From: an uncultured beta proteobacterium
GTDB taxonomy: Bacteria; Pseudomonadota; Gammaproteobacteria; Burkholderiales; Burkholderiaceae_C
Length of the DNA: 64,000 nucleotides
Reading direction: 5' to 3'
Assembly: GCA_963761295.1 (NCBI GenBank)
Contig: CAVXGG010000017.1
Coordinates: forward strand, 103,057 to 167,056
Shown: piece by piece, positions 10,037 to 19,867 of the stretch
Layout: each line of letters opens with the position of its first letter
How positions within the stretch are numbered: the first letter of the stretch is position 1
Notes under the pieces: model-generated
The model's input: only the letters and a program-made list of their open reading frames with translations
The model's database searches: none
What the model was told of the DNA's origin: nothing
Made by a program: the position numbers and the translations under genes

Positions 10037-11136
10037 GAACGCGGCTGGCCTCGAGGAACTCCTGCACCGCCAGCGAACAGCCCTTGGCCGCGGCCCCTTC
10101 GGCGCGGCCCAGCAGCAAGAAGCCGCCGTCCACCGCGATGCCGACGTCCTCGGTCAGGATCGCGATCGCCGAGTTGAAGTTGGCCAGGTCGCAGTGCGCG
10201 AGCACGCCGCGCTCGCCGGGTGGCATTTCGCGGCCGCTCAGCGGATCGAGCACGCGGCTGCGCATCCAGTGCGGCGCCCGACTTGACCGACGGCACCACG
10301 GCGTTGCCGGCGTCGTAGAACTGCGAGCTCAGCTCGGTCATGCCGTACATGTTGATGCAGCGGTCGCGCGGCACGCCGAAGGTGTCGGCCAGCGCGTCGT
10401 AGAAGCTGTCCAGCGGCAGCTCGCGCGCCTGGCCCTTGTAGCCGCCGGTGTCGAGGATGCGGCTGCCTTCGGGCAGCGCGATAGCGCACGCCTTGCTCGC
10501 GCAGGATGTCGAGCAGGTGCACGAGGCTGAAGCTCGCGCCCATCACGGCGATCGGCTGCGCCTGGTCCACGGCCTGGCCGAGCGCCGCGCGCAAGCCGAC
10601 CACGTCCAACCCCTGCGAGCCGACATACGAGCGGCTGTCCGGCGTGCCGTAGCTGCGCGCGGCCAGCGACAGGTAGCGCGCCAGCGACGAATTCGGCAAC
10701 TGCGCTTCATCGGGAAACAGCAGCAGCATCGGGAGCCGCGCCGCCGCCCTGCATGAAGCGCTGCTCGAAGTTGCCGCCGCATCGAAGCGTCCCAGACGGC
10801 AATCGTCGGGTGGTGGTTGCGGCCCTTCACCTCGCCGCGGCTGGTGCCGCTGGTCATGAACACGCGTTCGCAGTCGGCCGGCGGCACGCAGCTGAGCGTG
10901 GCGTCCTTGAACGCGCTGATCGGCACCGGCGGCAATGTCCGCCAGCCGGTCACCCGGCGCGGCGTCACACCGCGCCGCTGGCAGAAGCGGCGGTACGGCT
11001 CGTTGCACGCGTATTGCAGCGCGAACAGTCGGCTGGCCAGGTCGTCGAACTCGGCGTCCGTGCAGCTGGCTTGGGCGATGAAAGCCAGCAACCGGTCGAC
11101 CAACGCGCTGCATTGCGGGCGGCAAGGCGTATTCAT
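10033..11136 (-). CDS. LuxE-like acyl-protein synthetase (adenylate-forming); at least 4 frame breaks
   Basis: Pieces:
- ATG 11136: 'MNTPCRPQCSALVDRLLAFIAQASCTDAEFDDLASRLFALQYACNEPYRRFCQRRGVTPRRVTGWRTLPPVPISAFKDATLSCVPPADCERVFMTSGTSRGEVKGRNHHPTIAVWDASM' (ORF 10543..11736). This parallels the LuxE blocks IPVFPTSVFK / YTSSGTRG.
- ORF 10238..11125: 'LLFPDEAQLPNSSLARYLSLAARSYGTPDSRSYVGSQGLDVVGLRAALGQAVDQAQPIAVMGASFSLVHLLDILREQGV'.
- ORF 10033..10374: 'INMYGMTELSSQFYDAGN'.
- Head of ORF 9159..10265: 'RVLDPLSGREMPPGERGVLAHCDLANFNSAIAILTEDVGIAVDGGFLLLGRAEGAAAKGCSLAVQEFLEA'.
An out-of-frame TGA at 10033-10035 overlaps the luxC-like ATG. Confidence 0.65.
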
Positions 11137-11878
11137 GGCTCGATGTGCCAAAGGGTTTTCGATCGCGGTGGGTTGCAGCCGCCTTCGCTGCGGCGGTGAT
11201 TCTCGGCGGTCGATCGGTTCGTAATCCGCGTTGCGGGCATTCGGCGCGGCAACGCGCGATGGAAGCAACGTCAGCAACGACCCGCAGAGACGGCCACGGC
11301 AGGTCGGTGTCGGGGCGTGAACGGCGTGCATGCGGGTGGCTCCGAACGGTCGGCGCCGTTGCGGCAGCAGTTGCGAAAGTCGCTCAGCACGCTGCAGAGT
11401 CTGGATTGGTCCGCACATCGGCCGCACCGACAAAAGCGAAGCCGGCCATCGAGCGCGAGCGCCGGTGCGGCCCGGCATTTGCGAACCGGGCAGCAACAAC
11501 GGCGAGGGGGAAGCTTGTTCATCGGTCCTCGAAGCATGCACCACAGGCCATGCTCCGAAGGACACATGCCGCTTTGACCGAGAGTGGTCCCGACAGCGGC
11601 TGCTCTCCTTACGCCGGCGTGAAACCGGATCAAGTTCGCGGGTTTGAATCTCAGTGCGTTGGCACGCACACCCCGGAGCAACTGCATTGTCTCGCATTTG
11701 CAATGCGCGCAGGCACAACGTTTCGGACGACTGCATCTGTCCTGTTCGGTTTCGGTCGCGGGGTTGTGCTGCCGCTCGATGGAGCTGTTTCGCAGCTTGT
11801 ACAGAAATTGCCTGGATGGGAGCGCTCTACAATTTCCTGCGCTTGCAGACCAACCACATCCATTGGGTGATACCGATC

Positions 11879-12773
11879 ATGAAATTCCGTTTATCCCTCG
11901 TGACAAGCCTGGCGTTGTGCATTGGCGCGATGTCCGCACAAGCCCAGTCGGTCTCGGGAACGCTCGAAAAAGTCAAGGCGGCCGATGCGATCACGCTGAG
12001 CTACCGCGAGGCGTCGATTCCGTTTTCCTATCTCGGGGACGGCACCAAGCCCACGGGCTTCGCCTGGGACATCTGCAACCGCATCGTCGATGCGGTGAAG
12101 AAGGAAACGGGGCGCAGCGATCTCCAGGTAAAAACGCAGTCCGTGACTTCGCAAAACCGAATTCCGCTGCTGCAAAACGGCACCATCGACATCGAGTGCG
12201 GATCGACCACCAACAACGCCGAGCGCGCCAAGGAGGTCACCTTTGCGATCAACTACTTCTATACCGGCACGCGCTTTCTGGTGAAGACCGGCTCGCCGAT
12301 CAAGACGCTGGCAGATCTGAAGGGCAAGAAGGTCGTGTCCACCACCGGGACCACCAACATGCTCGTGATGCGGCAGGTGGACCGGGACCAGAATCTCGAC
12401 ATTGATCTGCTCTCCGCTCGAGACCACAACGAGTCGGCGCTGCTCGTGACAAGCGGCCGTGCCGACGCGTTTGCGATGGACGACATCCTGCTCTACGGGC
12501 TCAAGGCGAATGCGGTCAACCCGGGCGATCTGCAGGTGGTCGGTGAGGCGCTTCAGGTCGAGCCCTATGCCATCATGATCCGCAAGGACGACCCGGCATT
12601 CAAGAAACTGGTGGACGAAGACCATCGCCGGGCTCATGCAGAGCGGCGAGTTCGAGAAGCTCTACAAGAAGTGGTTCCAGTCGCCGATCCCGCCTCGGGG
12701 CATCAACCTGGACGTGCCGATGAGCGAGCAGCTCAAGGCCAATCTGAAGGCGCTGTCGGACAAACCCGCTTGA
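11879..12773 (+). CDS. Glutamate/aspartate-type ABC transporter periplasmic binding protein; one frame break near 12615
   Basis: In frame within ORF 11654..12919 from ATG 11879: 'MKFRLSLVTSLALCIGAMSAQAQSVSGTLEKVKAADAITLSYREASIPFSYLGDGTKPTGFAWDICNRIVDAVKK...GSTTNNAERAKEVTFAINYFYTGTRFLVK...'. After the break, own translation gives 'TIAGLMQSGEFEKLYKKWFQSPIPPRGINLDVPMSEQLKANLKALSDKPA*' (stop 12771-12773). Confidence 0.8.
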
Positions 12774-13071
12774 TAAGCGCATTCGTTTCGGCCAGCCCTC
12801 TCCAGGCCTTGTCCGCAGTTGGGAAAACCCCCCCCTCTCCCAGGGCGTGGCAGCACGCTTGGATGGGACGTCCTCGAACGATCAGGTGGCTGCGCTCCGG
12901 CCACGCCGGTGCGCGGTAAACCGAGGGTCGAGCATCAGTCGACCGCACCTTCGAGCAGCACCTTGCCGTGTGTCCTGAAGCAGTTGTCCAGGTCGGAGCA
13001 AGTTGGCCTTCACCCCTATGCAGCCGCCATGTGGAGACATCTTCTCCGCCCGTGCAGCGACCGTGGATGAA

Positions 13072-13785
13072 ATGAAGGTTGTACCGCAACGCCTGGGTGT
13101 TCTCGGCGGCATGGGCCCGTTGGCCGGAGCCGCGTTCGCGCTGCGCGTGGTGCAACTTACGCCGGCCGAGAACGATCAACAGCACATTCCCGTGTTGCTG
13201 TGCAACGACCCCGCGGTGCCCGATCGTTCCTCAGCGCTCATGGGCCACGGCCCGAGCCCATTGCCGGCGATGCTGCGGGGGATCCACACGCTGCTTGCTG
13301 GCGGCGTCGACTGCATCGCGATCCCCTGCAACACCGCGCACCTGTGGTTCGATGAACTGCAGGCCGCAAGCACCGTGCGGCTGTTCCACATCGTCGAATC
13401 GGTGACGGCTGATTTGCGCCGCCAAGGCGTGATGCATGGCAAGGTTGGCATCCTGGGCACGCCCGCCACCATCGCGACCGGGCTCTACCAGCGGCATCTG
13501 CAAGCTGCGGGCTACGCGCCGATCGAGCCGACGCCGGCTGAGGTGCAGCGTTGCTGCGTGCCTGCCATCTCGGCAGTCAAGGGCAACCGCATCGATGAGG
13601 CCTTCGAGCCGGCGGCCGAAGGCATTCGCCTGCTCGCGAGGCGGGGCGCGAACGCCGTGGTGCTGGGCTGCACCGAACTGCCGCTGGCGGTGCCGGCTGC
13701 GCGGCGTGGCGAGTTCGGAGTGGTGCTGACCGATTCGATCGATGCGCTTGCCAGGCAGGCGATTGCGTGGATGCGGCCGGCTTAG
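13072..13785 (+). CDS. Aspartate/glutamate racemase family protein (aspartate racemase-like)
   Basis: In frame within ORF 13003..13785 from the Met of 'MKVVPQRLGVLGGMGPLAGAAF'. Both catalytic-Cys blocks are present: 'IAIPCNTAHLWF' and 'VVLGCTELPL'. Uninterrupted. Confidence 0.85.
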   Translation: MKVVPQRLGVLGGMGPLAGAAFALRVVQLTPAENDQQHIPVLLCNDPAVPDRSSALMGHGPSPLPAMLRGIHTLLAGGVDCIAIPCNTAHLWFDELQAASTVRLFHIVESVTADLRRQGVMHGKVGILGTPATIATGLYQRHLQAAGYAPIEPTPAEVQRCCVPAISAVKGNRIDEAFEPAAEGIRLLARRGANAVVLGCTELPLAVPAARRGEFGVVLTDSIDALARQAIAWMRPA

Positions 13786-13977
13786 CTGCTGGCCGCACCG
13801 CAGTTGTCCGATATGGCCTCGCCAGCGCCAGCCGCTTGGTCATGAGACGATCGAAACGTCTGTTGAGCAACGACCTGTTGCGCAGGCGCAGGAAACTTTG
13901 AGGCAACCATGGCTTTGTCCGATACCCATGCCGATCCGGTTCAGCCGGACATGGATGACTACTGGAACGCGGCCGAT

Positions 13978-15199
13978 ATGCGTTCAAGCCCGCCCCGGCA
14001 GGTCATCGTCATCGGCGCCGGCATCGTCGGGCCTTGCTTCGGCCGCCGCGTTGTCCCGGGCCGGGCACCGAGTCACGGTCATCGACAAGGCAGATGCTGC
14101 GGGGCAGGGCACCAGCGGTGGAAACGGTTGCCAGCTGAGCTATGGCTACGTCGCGCCGCTCGCACAGCCCGGTCTGCCTTTCGAGGTGCCGGGCCTGATG
14201 TGGAGCCGCGACGGCGCGCTGCGCATGACGCCCAGGGGCGACGCGCGGCAATGGGGCTGGATGTGGGCGTTCTTGCGCGCTTGTAATGCGTCCGTGGCGC
14301 GGCAGTCCACCATGGAATTGCTGGCGCTCGGCGCGCTGAGTCGGCAAGAAACCGAGCGGTGGATTGCAGGCGCATCCCCGCAGGCATTGTCCTTTTCGCG
14401 CAGCGGAAAACTGGTTCTCTATGCGACGCAAGCGGCGTTCGAAGCAGCAAAAAAACAGGTTGCGATGCAGGCGCCGCATGGGCCGTCGCAAACAGCTTTG
14501 CCTGCGGATGGATTCCTGTCCTGCGAGCCCGCACTGACCGCTTTCCGTGGCGCCGTTGCCGGTGCGATCCACACGCCCGACGAGTGTGCGATCGACACGC
14601 TGGCGCTGTGCCGTCACATCGAGGCGGCGCTGAAAGCACGCGGCGTGGTTTTCGAATACGGCGTGAACGTGCGCGGTTTCCGCCGCGATGGCGCACGGAT
14701 ATCCCAACTGATCGCCGACTCGGGCGATCATACGGTGGACGCACTGGTGCTGGCCAACGGAGTCGGCAGCGCAACCCTGGCGGGCAACCTCGGGCTTCGG
14801 CTCCCCATCTATCCACTCAAGGGCTACAGCATCACGGTGCCGGTCGTCGACGAGGCTGCGGCGCCTTCGGTGAATGTGACCGACGCCAAACGCAAGGTGG
14901 TCTATGCCCGCATCGGCGACCGTCTGCGGGTCGCCGGCTTCGTGGAAATCGGCGCACGCGATGCAGCGGTTGACCCGCGGCGGATCGATCAACTCAAAAC
15001 TTGCACGCGCGATGCATTCGGCGACGCAGTCGATGTCGACGCCTCGGTGCCCTGGGCGGGTTTGCGCCCGGCCACACCGACTTCGGTGCCCATCGTCGGG
15101 CAGTCGGCCATCGAGAATCTGTTTTTCAACGTCGGCCACGGGGCGCTGGGTCTGACGCTGGCGTTTGGCAGCGCTCGGCGGCTTGCCGACGCGCTTTGA
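13978..15199 (+). CDS. FAD-dependent D-amino-acid dehydrogenase-like oxidoreductase (DadA family); one frame break near 14028-14030
   Basis: ORF 13909..14286 gives 'MRSSPPRQVIVIGAGIVG'. ORF 13742..15199 continues with 'LASAAALSRAGHRVTVIDKADAAGQGTSGGNGCQLSYGYVAPLAQPG...LKGYSITVPV...WAGLRPATPTSVPIVGQSAIENLFFNVGHGALGLTLAFGSARRLADAL'. Removing one G from the GGG at 14028-14030 joins the two pieces. Confidence 0.8.
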
Positions 15200-15498
15200 T
15201 CAATGCCGCATACGATCCGGGTGGTGGTCATTTCCTTGCGAGTGCCGGCGTGCTGGGCCGCGGTCTGAAAAACACGGTGGAACGCAGACCGAAGGACCCA
15301 GTCGAGATGACAACGAGTCGGTTTCGAAAGCAGACGATGCCGATTGCGCGCAAGCAACTCTCATGCGCAGGGGGCGAGTTTTTTTAAAGGCGCGACGGCC
15401 GGCAACGAAGAGACCACGACCGATCGGTGGAAATGGACCCCGGAAGGGGACCTTTGGGGCTTTGGAAGCTGTATCTCATGCCGCTTCCGGCCCATGGT

Positions 15499-15916
15499 TC
15501 AGTCGTGCAATGGCCCATACCGCTTGATGGCCGAGCGCTGGCTCTTGCCCTTCAGCCGTCGCTGCCTGGAGCCGTAGGTCGGCTTCGTGGCGCGGCGCAC
15601 CCGCGGCGCTGTTGCCACCGCCGCGCGCTCGACCCGCATCTGCGACCACGCCACCCGCATCGCTGCGATTCATTTCCCGACTGTGCTGGTGCTCGGCTTT
15701 GAGCACCAGCACGCCTTCCTGCGTGATGCGGGTGTCGCGCAGCGCAAGCAAGCGTTTCTTGACGTCATCGGGCAACGACGACGCCGGAATGTCGAAGCGC
15801 AGATGCACCGTGCTGGAGACCTTGTTGACGCTCTGGCCGCCCGCCTCCTGCGCGCGGATGGCGCTGAACTCCACCTCGCGCGCGTCGACTTGCACTCGGT
15901 CCATGTCGCTAACCAT
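15499..15916 (-). CDS. arfB: Alternative ribosome-rescue factor ArfB (peptidyl-tRNA hydrolase, YaeJ family); one frame break near 15640
   Basis: ORF 15476..15964: 'MVSDMDRVQVDAREVEFSAIRAQEAGGQSVNKVSSTVHLRFDIPASSLPDDVKKRLLALRDTRITQEGVLVLKAEHQHSREMNRSDA' contains the GGQ motif. Own translation of the shifted 3' end gives the typical basic tail 'RRATKPTYGSRQRRLKGKSQRSAIKRYGPLHD*' (stop 15499-15501). Confidence 0.85.
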
Positions 15917-16544
15917 CAGGTCCGTGTCGTCAAGCACCTTGCATGTCGACGCGCGGTGTTGCAAGGCCGCTGCTTGCCAGGAAGCCCCGCCCGGCGCGGC
16001 TGAGCAGCAAATGGTCGCCAGTTGAAACGCACGGCCTCGGGAGGCAGCGGCACAGTGGCGCCTTGTCGGATGAAGTCCGAAGCAAGACGGGTCCCTTTGG
16101 CGTTCTCACTCCAGCTCCTTCATTTTCCTTACTCAGAAGACGGTAATTTGGACGACAGTTTCACCTCTGACAGCCGCATGGACCTTGGGCTCCGGGCGAT
16201 TCGTGTCGCGCAAAATACCGCCGTCTGAGCAATCAGCGCTGCCGAATCGCCCAGACCTCTGGCGCAAAGCCCCTGGGTCCGGGATGCACGCCCATCGAGG
16301 CGTCCGCGTAGAACGCAAACGCGGTCTGGGCTCCAGTCGTCTCGAACACCAGAAGCGGCTCCATCAGACGCAGTGCTGCCAGTGCGTGCTGATCGTCCTA
16401 GCGAGGGTCAGAGACCTGTCGGTTCTAGTCGATCGTTCGATTGATTTCGGCCAAACAGTGGGGGCTGGATAGCGTCAAGCAGCATGGCAGCGGCCAGGAT
16501 GGTTGACGCCGGCCAGCAGTTCGACCTACTAGAAGAGCCCAGAC

Positions 16545-16836
16545 ATGGCACTCATCCCGACCGCACAGCCGCCCAAAGCGCAAGACCCTGAATCTTTGCG
16601 TCACTGCAGAAGTGCGCGCTGATCGACCGCGCGGCCGAGGCTGGAGGCAACACCCGCACCGATTTCATCCTGGAAGCCGCGAAGCGGGCGGCCGAAGACG
16701 CTTTGCTCGATCGGACCGTCTTTGCCGTCGGCGAGGACGCCTATGCCTCCTTCGTAGCCCGGATCGAGGCACCCGCCCAGCTGAATGAAGCGTTGCGGCG
16801 GACGATGCAGATGCCGACCCCCTGGGCCAAAGGCCG
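16545..16836 (+). CDS. DUF1778 (TacA/KacA-like) antitoxin; frame broken near 16575 and no in-frame stop before the toxin start
   Basis: ATG 16545 'MALIPTAQPPKAQ...' runs into a stop. The next frame reads 'KTLNLCVTAEVRALIDRAAEAGGNTRTDFILEAAKRAAEDALLDRTVFAVGEDAYASFVARIEAPAQLNEALRRTMQMPTPWAKGR', a typical DUF1778 ribbon-helix-helix antitoxin, and continues as ORF 16703..17170 without a stop. The end coordinate is approximate. Confidence 0.7.
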
Positions 16837-17337
16837 ATGCTCGCAGCCCTGCAGCTGCTGTCCGATCGGCACGGAACCGCTGCGTTCGATTGCGGCGTCG
16901 CCTCGCTCGATGAATGGCCAAAGCGCCGTGCACTGGCCAATCAGGCCAGCGGCGCCTCCCGAACCTTCGTGGTCTGCGAAGGCAATGAAGTCATTGCTTG
17001 CTACGCGCTCGCGTCAAACGCCGTGGTCAGCGCAAGCGCGCCCGGCAAGCTCCGGCGCAATATGCCCGACCCGATCTCGGTCGTCGTGCTCGGACGGCTG
17101 GCGATTGCCAGCACCCACCGGGGCAGGGGACTCGGCTATGCGCTGTTCCAAGACGCGGCGAGCGGCGTGATCCACGCGGCCGACGCGGTCGGTATTCGCG
17201 GGCGGCTGGTGCATGCGCTGTCGGAGAAAGCCAGCAACTTCTATCTCCGGCTCGGTCTAGAGCCATCAACGCTTGACCCGATGGTGCTCATGGTGACGTT
17301 GACCGATCTGCGCCGTTCAATGAGCCCAGGAAATTGA
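16837..17337 (+). CDS. GNAT-family acetyltransferase toxin (TacT/KacT-like) of a DUF1778-GNAT toxin-antitoxin pair
   Basis: Uninterrupted 166-aa ORF: 'LSDRHGTAAFDCGVASLDEWPKRRALANQASGASRTFVVCEGNEVIACYALASNAV...VVLGRLAIASTHRGRGLGYALFQDA...LSEKASNFYLRLGLEP'. It lies immediately after the DUF1778 gene. Confidence 0.8.
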   Translation: MLAALQLLSDRHGTAAFDCGVASLDEWPKRRALANQASGASRTFVVCEGNEVIACYALASNAVVSASAPGKLRRNMPDPISVVVLGRLAIASTHRGRGLGYALFQDAASGVIHAADAVGIRGRLVHALSEKASNFYLRLGLEPSTLDPMVLMVTLTDLRRSMSPGN

Positions 17338-17880
17338 GCGGGGAGCACCGAAGGCGTGAGCCTTGGGACGAAGCCCGTAGGCCGGTCCCGGTGCATACGG
17401 GCACATTCAATTTCACTTGCTGTACAGCCCGGCTACGTGCTCTCCGGAGGGAAGAAACCAAGCTTCCGGAAGACGACACCGCCATGCACGCGACGCCAAG
17501 CGCCAGCGCAGGACACAAAGATCTCCACAGAGAGCTGCTTCCCCGTCCACGATGCGTTTGCCGAGGCGCTGTACTGCCGCGCCCGCTTTGCCGAGGCTGT
17601 AGCCGACGCCGACCGCATTGGCCGCTCATTGGTCCTTGAGACGAAGGCCGACGACATCCGCACCGCCGCCGGCGTGCGCCACTGCTACCGCAAGGAAAAT
17701 GGCCAGCGGCACCTCGAAAGCGCGCGGCGTTGACCGGCCGATCAGACACGGATCGGCCTGCAGGGCAGGGAGGCGCGCAGAGCGAAGGCCGAAGGCTTGG
17801 CTCTGCGCAGCGCGGCCGCTGACGCATCTCATCCGCCAAAAGGATCGTGACCCGAGGGGCCGGGACTGAACAGCTGCGGG

Positions 17881-18204
17881 GTGCTGCATGCCGTGGCCAG
17901 CACACCCGTTCCGACGGTCAGCCTACGCAATATCAGCCAGATCGTCTCCGGCAGCCTGTGGCGAACGTTTGCCTACGCCGGCCAGTTCCTGCTGCCCTTC
18001 ATCTGCCTGATCGCTGCGCTCGCTTCCGTCCTCCGGCAGCGCAAGCGACGCCAGCTGCTGAGCCAGGTCGTGACCAGCAATGCAGCCGATGCGCTCGACA
18101 CCCTGAGCTGGCAGCAGTTCGAGTTGCTGGTCGGCGAGGGCCTCAGGCAGCAGGGGAATAATTTCAAGGTGACCTGCCCATCCCTGCCTGGGGCGGAACA
18201 ATGA
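17881..18204 (+). pseudogene. Mrr-type restriction endonuclease, N-terminal fragment only
   Basis: ORF 17881..18204 has a membrane-like N-terminus followed by 'LDTLSWQQFELLVGEGLRQQGNNF', the block that precedes the Mrr catalytic core. It then stops. The nuclease core is absent and the next gene is convergent. Confidence 0.5.
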
Positions 18205-18320
18205 GCGTCGCCACGAAGGACACCAGCCGAGGAGCCGATGGAACTGAACCGCGTCCTGTGAACCCGATCTCGCCGCGCGAGGTCCCCACGCAGTGGCGCA
18301 CATCGCATCCGCAGTTGTTC

Positions 18321-19298
18321 TCAGGACCCGACGTCCAGCGACTGCCGGTCGATCGCGGCCTTAATCTCTTCCAGTGCGGCGTAATGCACCATATGACCTG
18401 CCCCCGGCACCACGACGAGCTCGCTTTGCGGGAGGTCGCCGTGCAGTCGCGCCGAATGGGCTTTAACGTCGACCACCAGGTCTTGTGCACCCGCGATGAT
18501 GCTGACCGGTAACTTCAGTTCCTTATGACGCTCGCTGCTGGCCTTGGCCTGCGGGATCATGAAGGCGGCGTCCTCGGCATTGGCCCGTAGCTGCACCGGG
18601 CGCAGCATCATCTCGCGTGAGAGCACCGGAAAGAACTCGGACGGTATGTCTTTCGGCGTGAACATGGCCTTGACCAGTGCTTTGAGCATGATGCGGCCCG
18701 ACACCGCTGTCACCGTGTAGCGCATCACATCGCCGAGCACGGGCAATGCCACCGGCGCGGTCAACAGCGCGTCGATCCGGGCACTGGGATAGTAATAGCC
18801 CCCAAGCAGCACCAGGCCGCGCGCGTCGGCCGGATGGTCCAGCGCCATCGCCAGCGCCACCATGGTGCCCATTGAGTGGCCCACGAGGACGGGCCGCTCG
18901 ACCGCGAGCCGCCCGAGTGCGCCATGGAGCAGCTCGGCCTGAGCCGCCGGGGTCCAGAGCCGATCGCGCGGACGTGTGCTGTGGCCGAAGCCCGGCCGGT
19001 CGAACGCGATCACGCGGTGGTTTGCCGCCAGCCGGTCGATGACGCCGCTGGCCTCAAAGTCAGCCAGCGAGACGGTGTTGCCATGAATCAGCACGACCGG
19101 CGAGCCCTCACCGCGCTCGACGTAATGAAGGCGAACGCCGTCGATCTCGAGGAACCGGCCCATGGGCGGGTGATCTCGCTCGGCGCGGCGTGCCTGAACT
19201 TCTACCCAGGCTGCCGTTGCGACAGCGCCAAGGACCGAAGCACCGGTTAGGACGCCAGCGCGAGAGGTGGCGAAATTCTTGATGGAAGTAAGATTCAT
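18321..19298 (-). CDS. Alpha/beta-fold hydrolase with an N-terminal membrane anchor
   Basis: Uninterrupted 325-aa ORF: 'VVLIHGNTVSLADFE', nucleophile elbow 'LVGHSMGTMVA', C-terminal 'VVVPGAGHMVHY'. Confidence 0.85.
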   Translation of the reverse strand: MNLTSIKNFATSRAGVLTGASVLGAVATAAWVEVQARRAERDHPPMGRFLEIDGVRLHYVERGEGSPVVLIHGNTVSLADFEASGVIDRLAANHRVIAFDRPGFGHSTRPRDRLWTPAAQAELLHGALGRLAVERPVLVGHSMGTMVALAMALDHPADARGLVLLGGYYYPSARIDALLTAPVALPVLGDVMRYTVTAVSGRIMLKALVKAMFTPKDIPSEFFPVLSREMMLRPVQLRANAEDAAFMIPQAKASSERHKELKLPVSIIAGAQDLVVDVKAHSARLHGDLPQSELVVVPGAGHMVHYAALEEIKAAIDRQSLDVGS

Positions 19299-19867
19299 GA
19301 GGTCTCTGGTGAAAAAAGTCGGGGTTCAGCGGGCCTGGGGCCGCGCTGGTCATCCTGCGCACAGAAGCGCAGCAACGCGACATCGGTGGGGAAGGCGCCG
19401 GGCCGCGCTGGCAAGCGCCGATCGCCTGGCAAATTGAGGTCATCGCGTCCGACGCTCAAACCCGAAACCACCGCAGATCGGCAAGCAAGGACCTGCACTT
19501 CTCCGCAACTCCATCACCGTCTTTAGGCCACCTTATGTTGCAGTGCAGCATAGCATGACGATAGGTACAAACCCATAGGCGTCGGCGCCGTAATCAAATA
19601 TCCAGCGCGGCGCAGTTCGCGCAGCCCCGTCGGCCCGGTGAAAACCGAATCTTCGGATGGTCTTGATCTGCTGTGGATCGAGCCTGTTGCGTCAACGCTC
19701 CCAATGCAGGCAAAGCCTCTCGAGCAGGCGCCGACTGGAGGCGCCGCAAACGGCCGGAGGGATAGAGAACCCTCATGGCACCGCGTCCTGCAGCAGACCA
19801 CACGGCGCCACCGGACGACAGGGCAATAGCGGCGACCGCAACCGGCGCGGCAATCTAGACGATGGCA

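Noticed and set aside
11610-11660. tRNA-like T-arm ('aagttcgcgggtttgaatctc')
   Set aside because: The flanking bases do not pair into a T stem (gcggg versus ctcag), and no acceptor or anticodon arms can be drawn around it.
11271-11687. 138-aa Cys/Arg-rich minus-strand ORF ('MNKLPPRRCCCPVRKCR...') as a possible small cysteine-rich protein
   Set aside because: I recognised no family and no convincing ribosome-binding site. Its composition is typical of an out-of-frame GC-rich reading. I kept it only as part of the long-intergenic-region observation.
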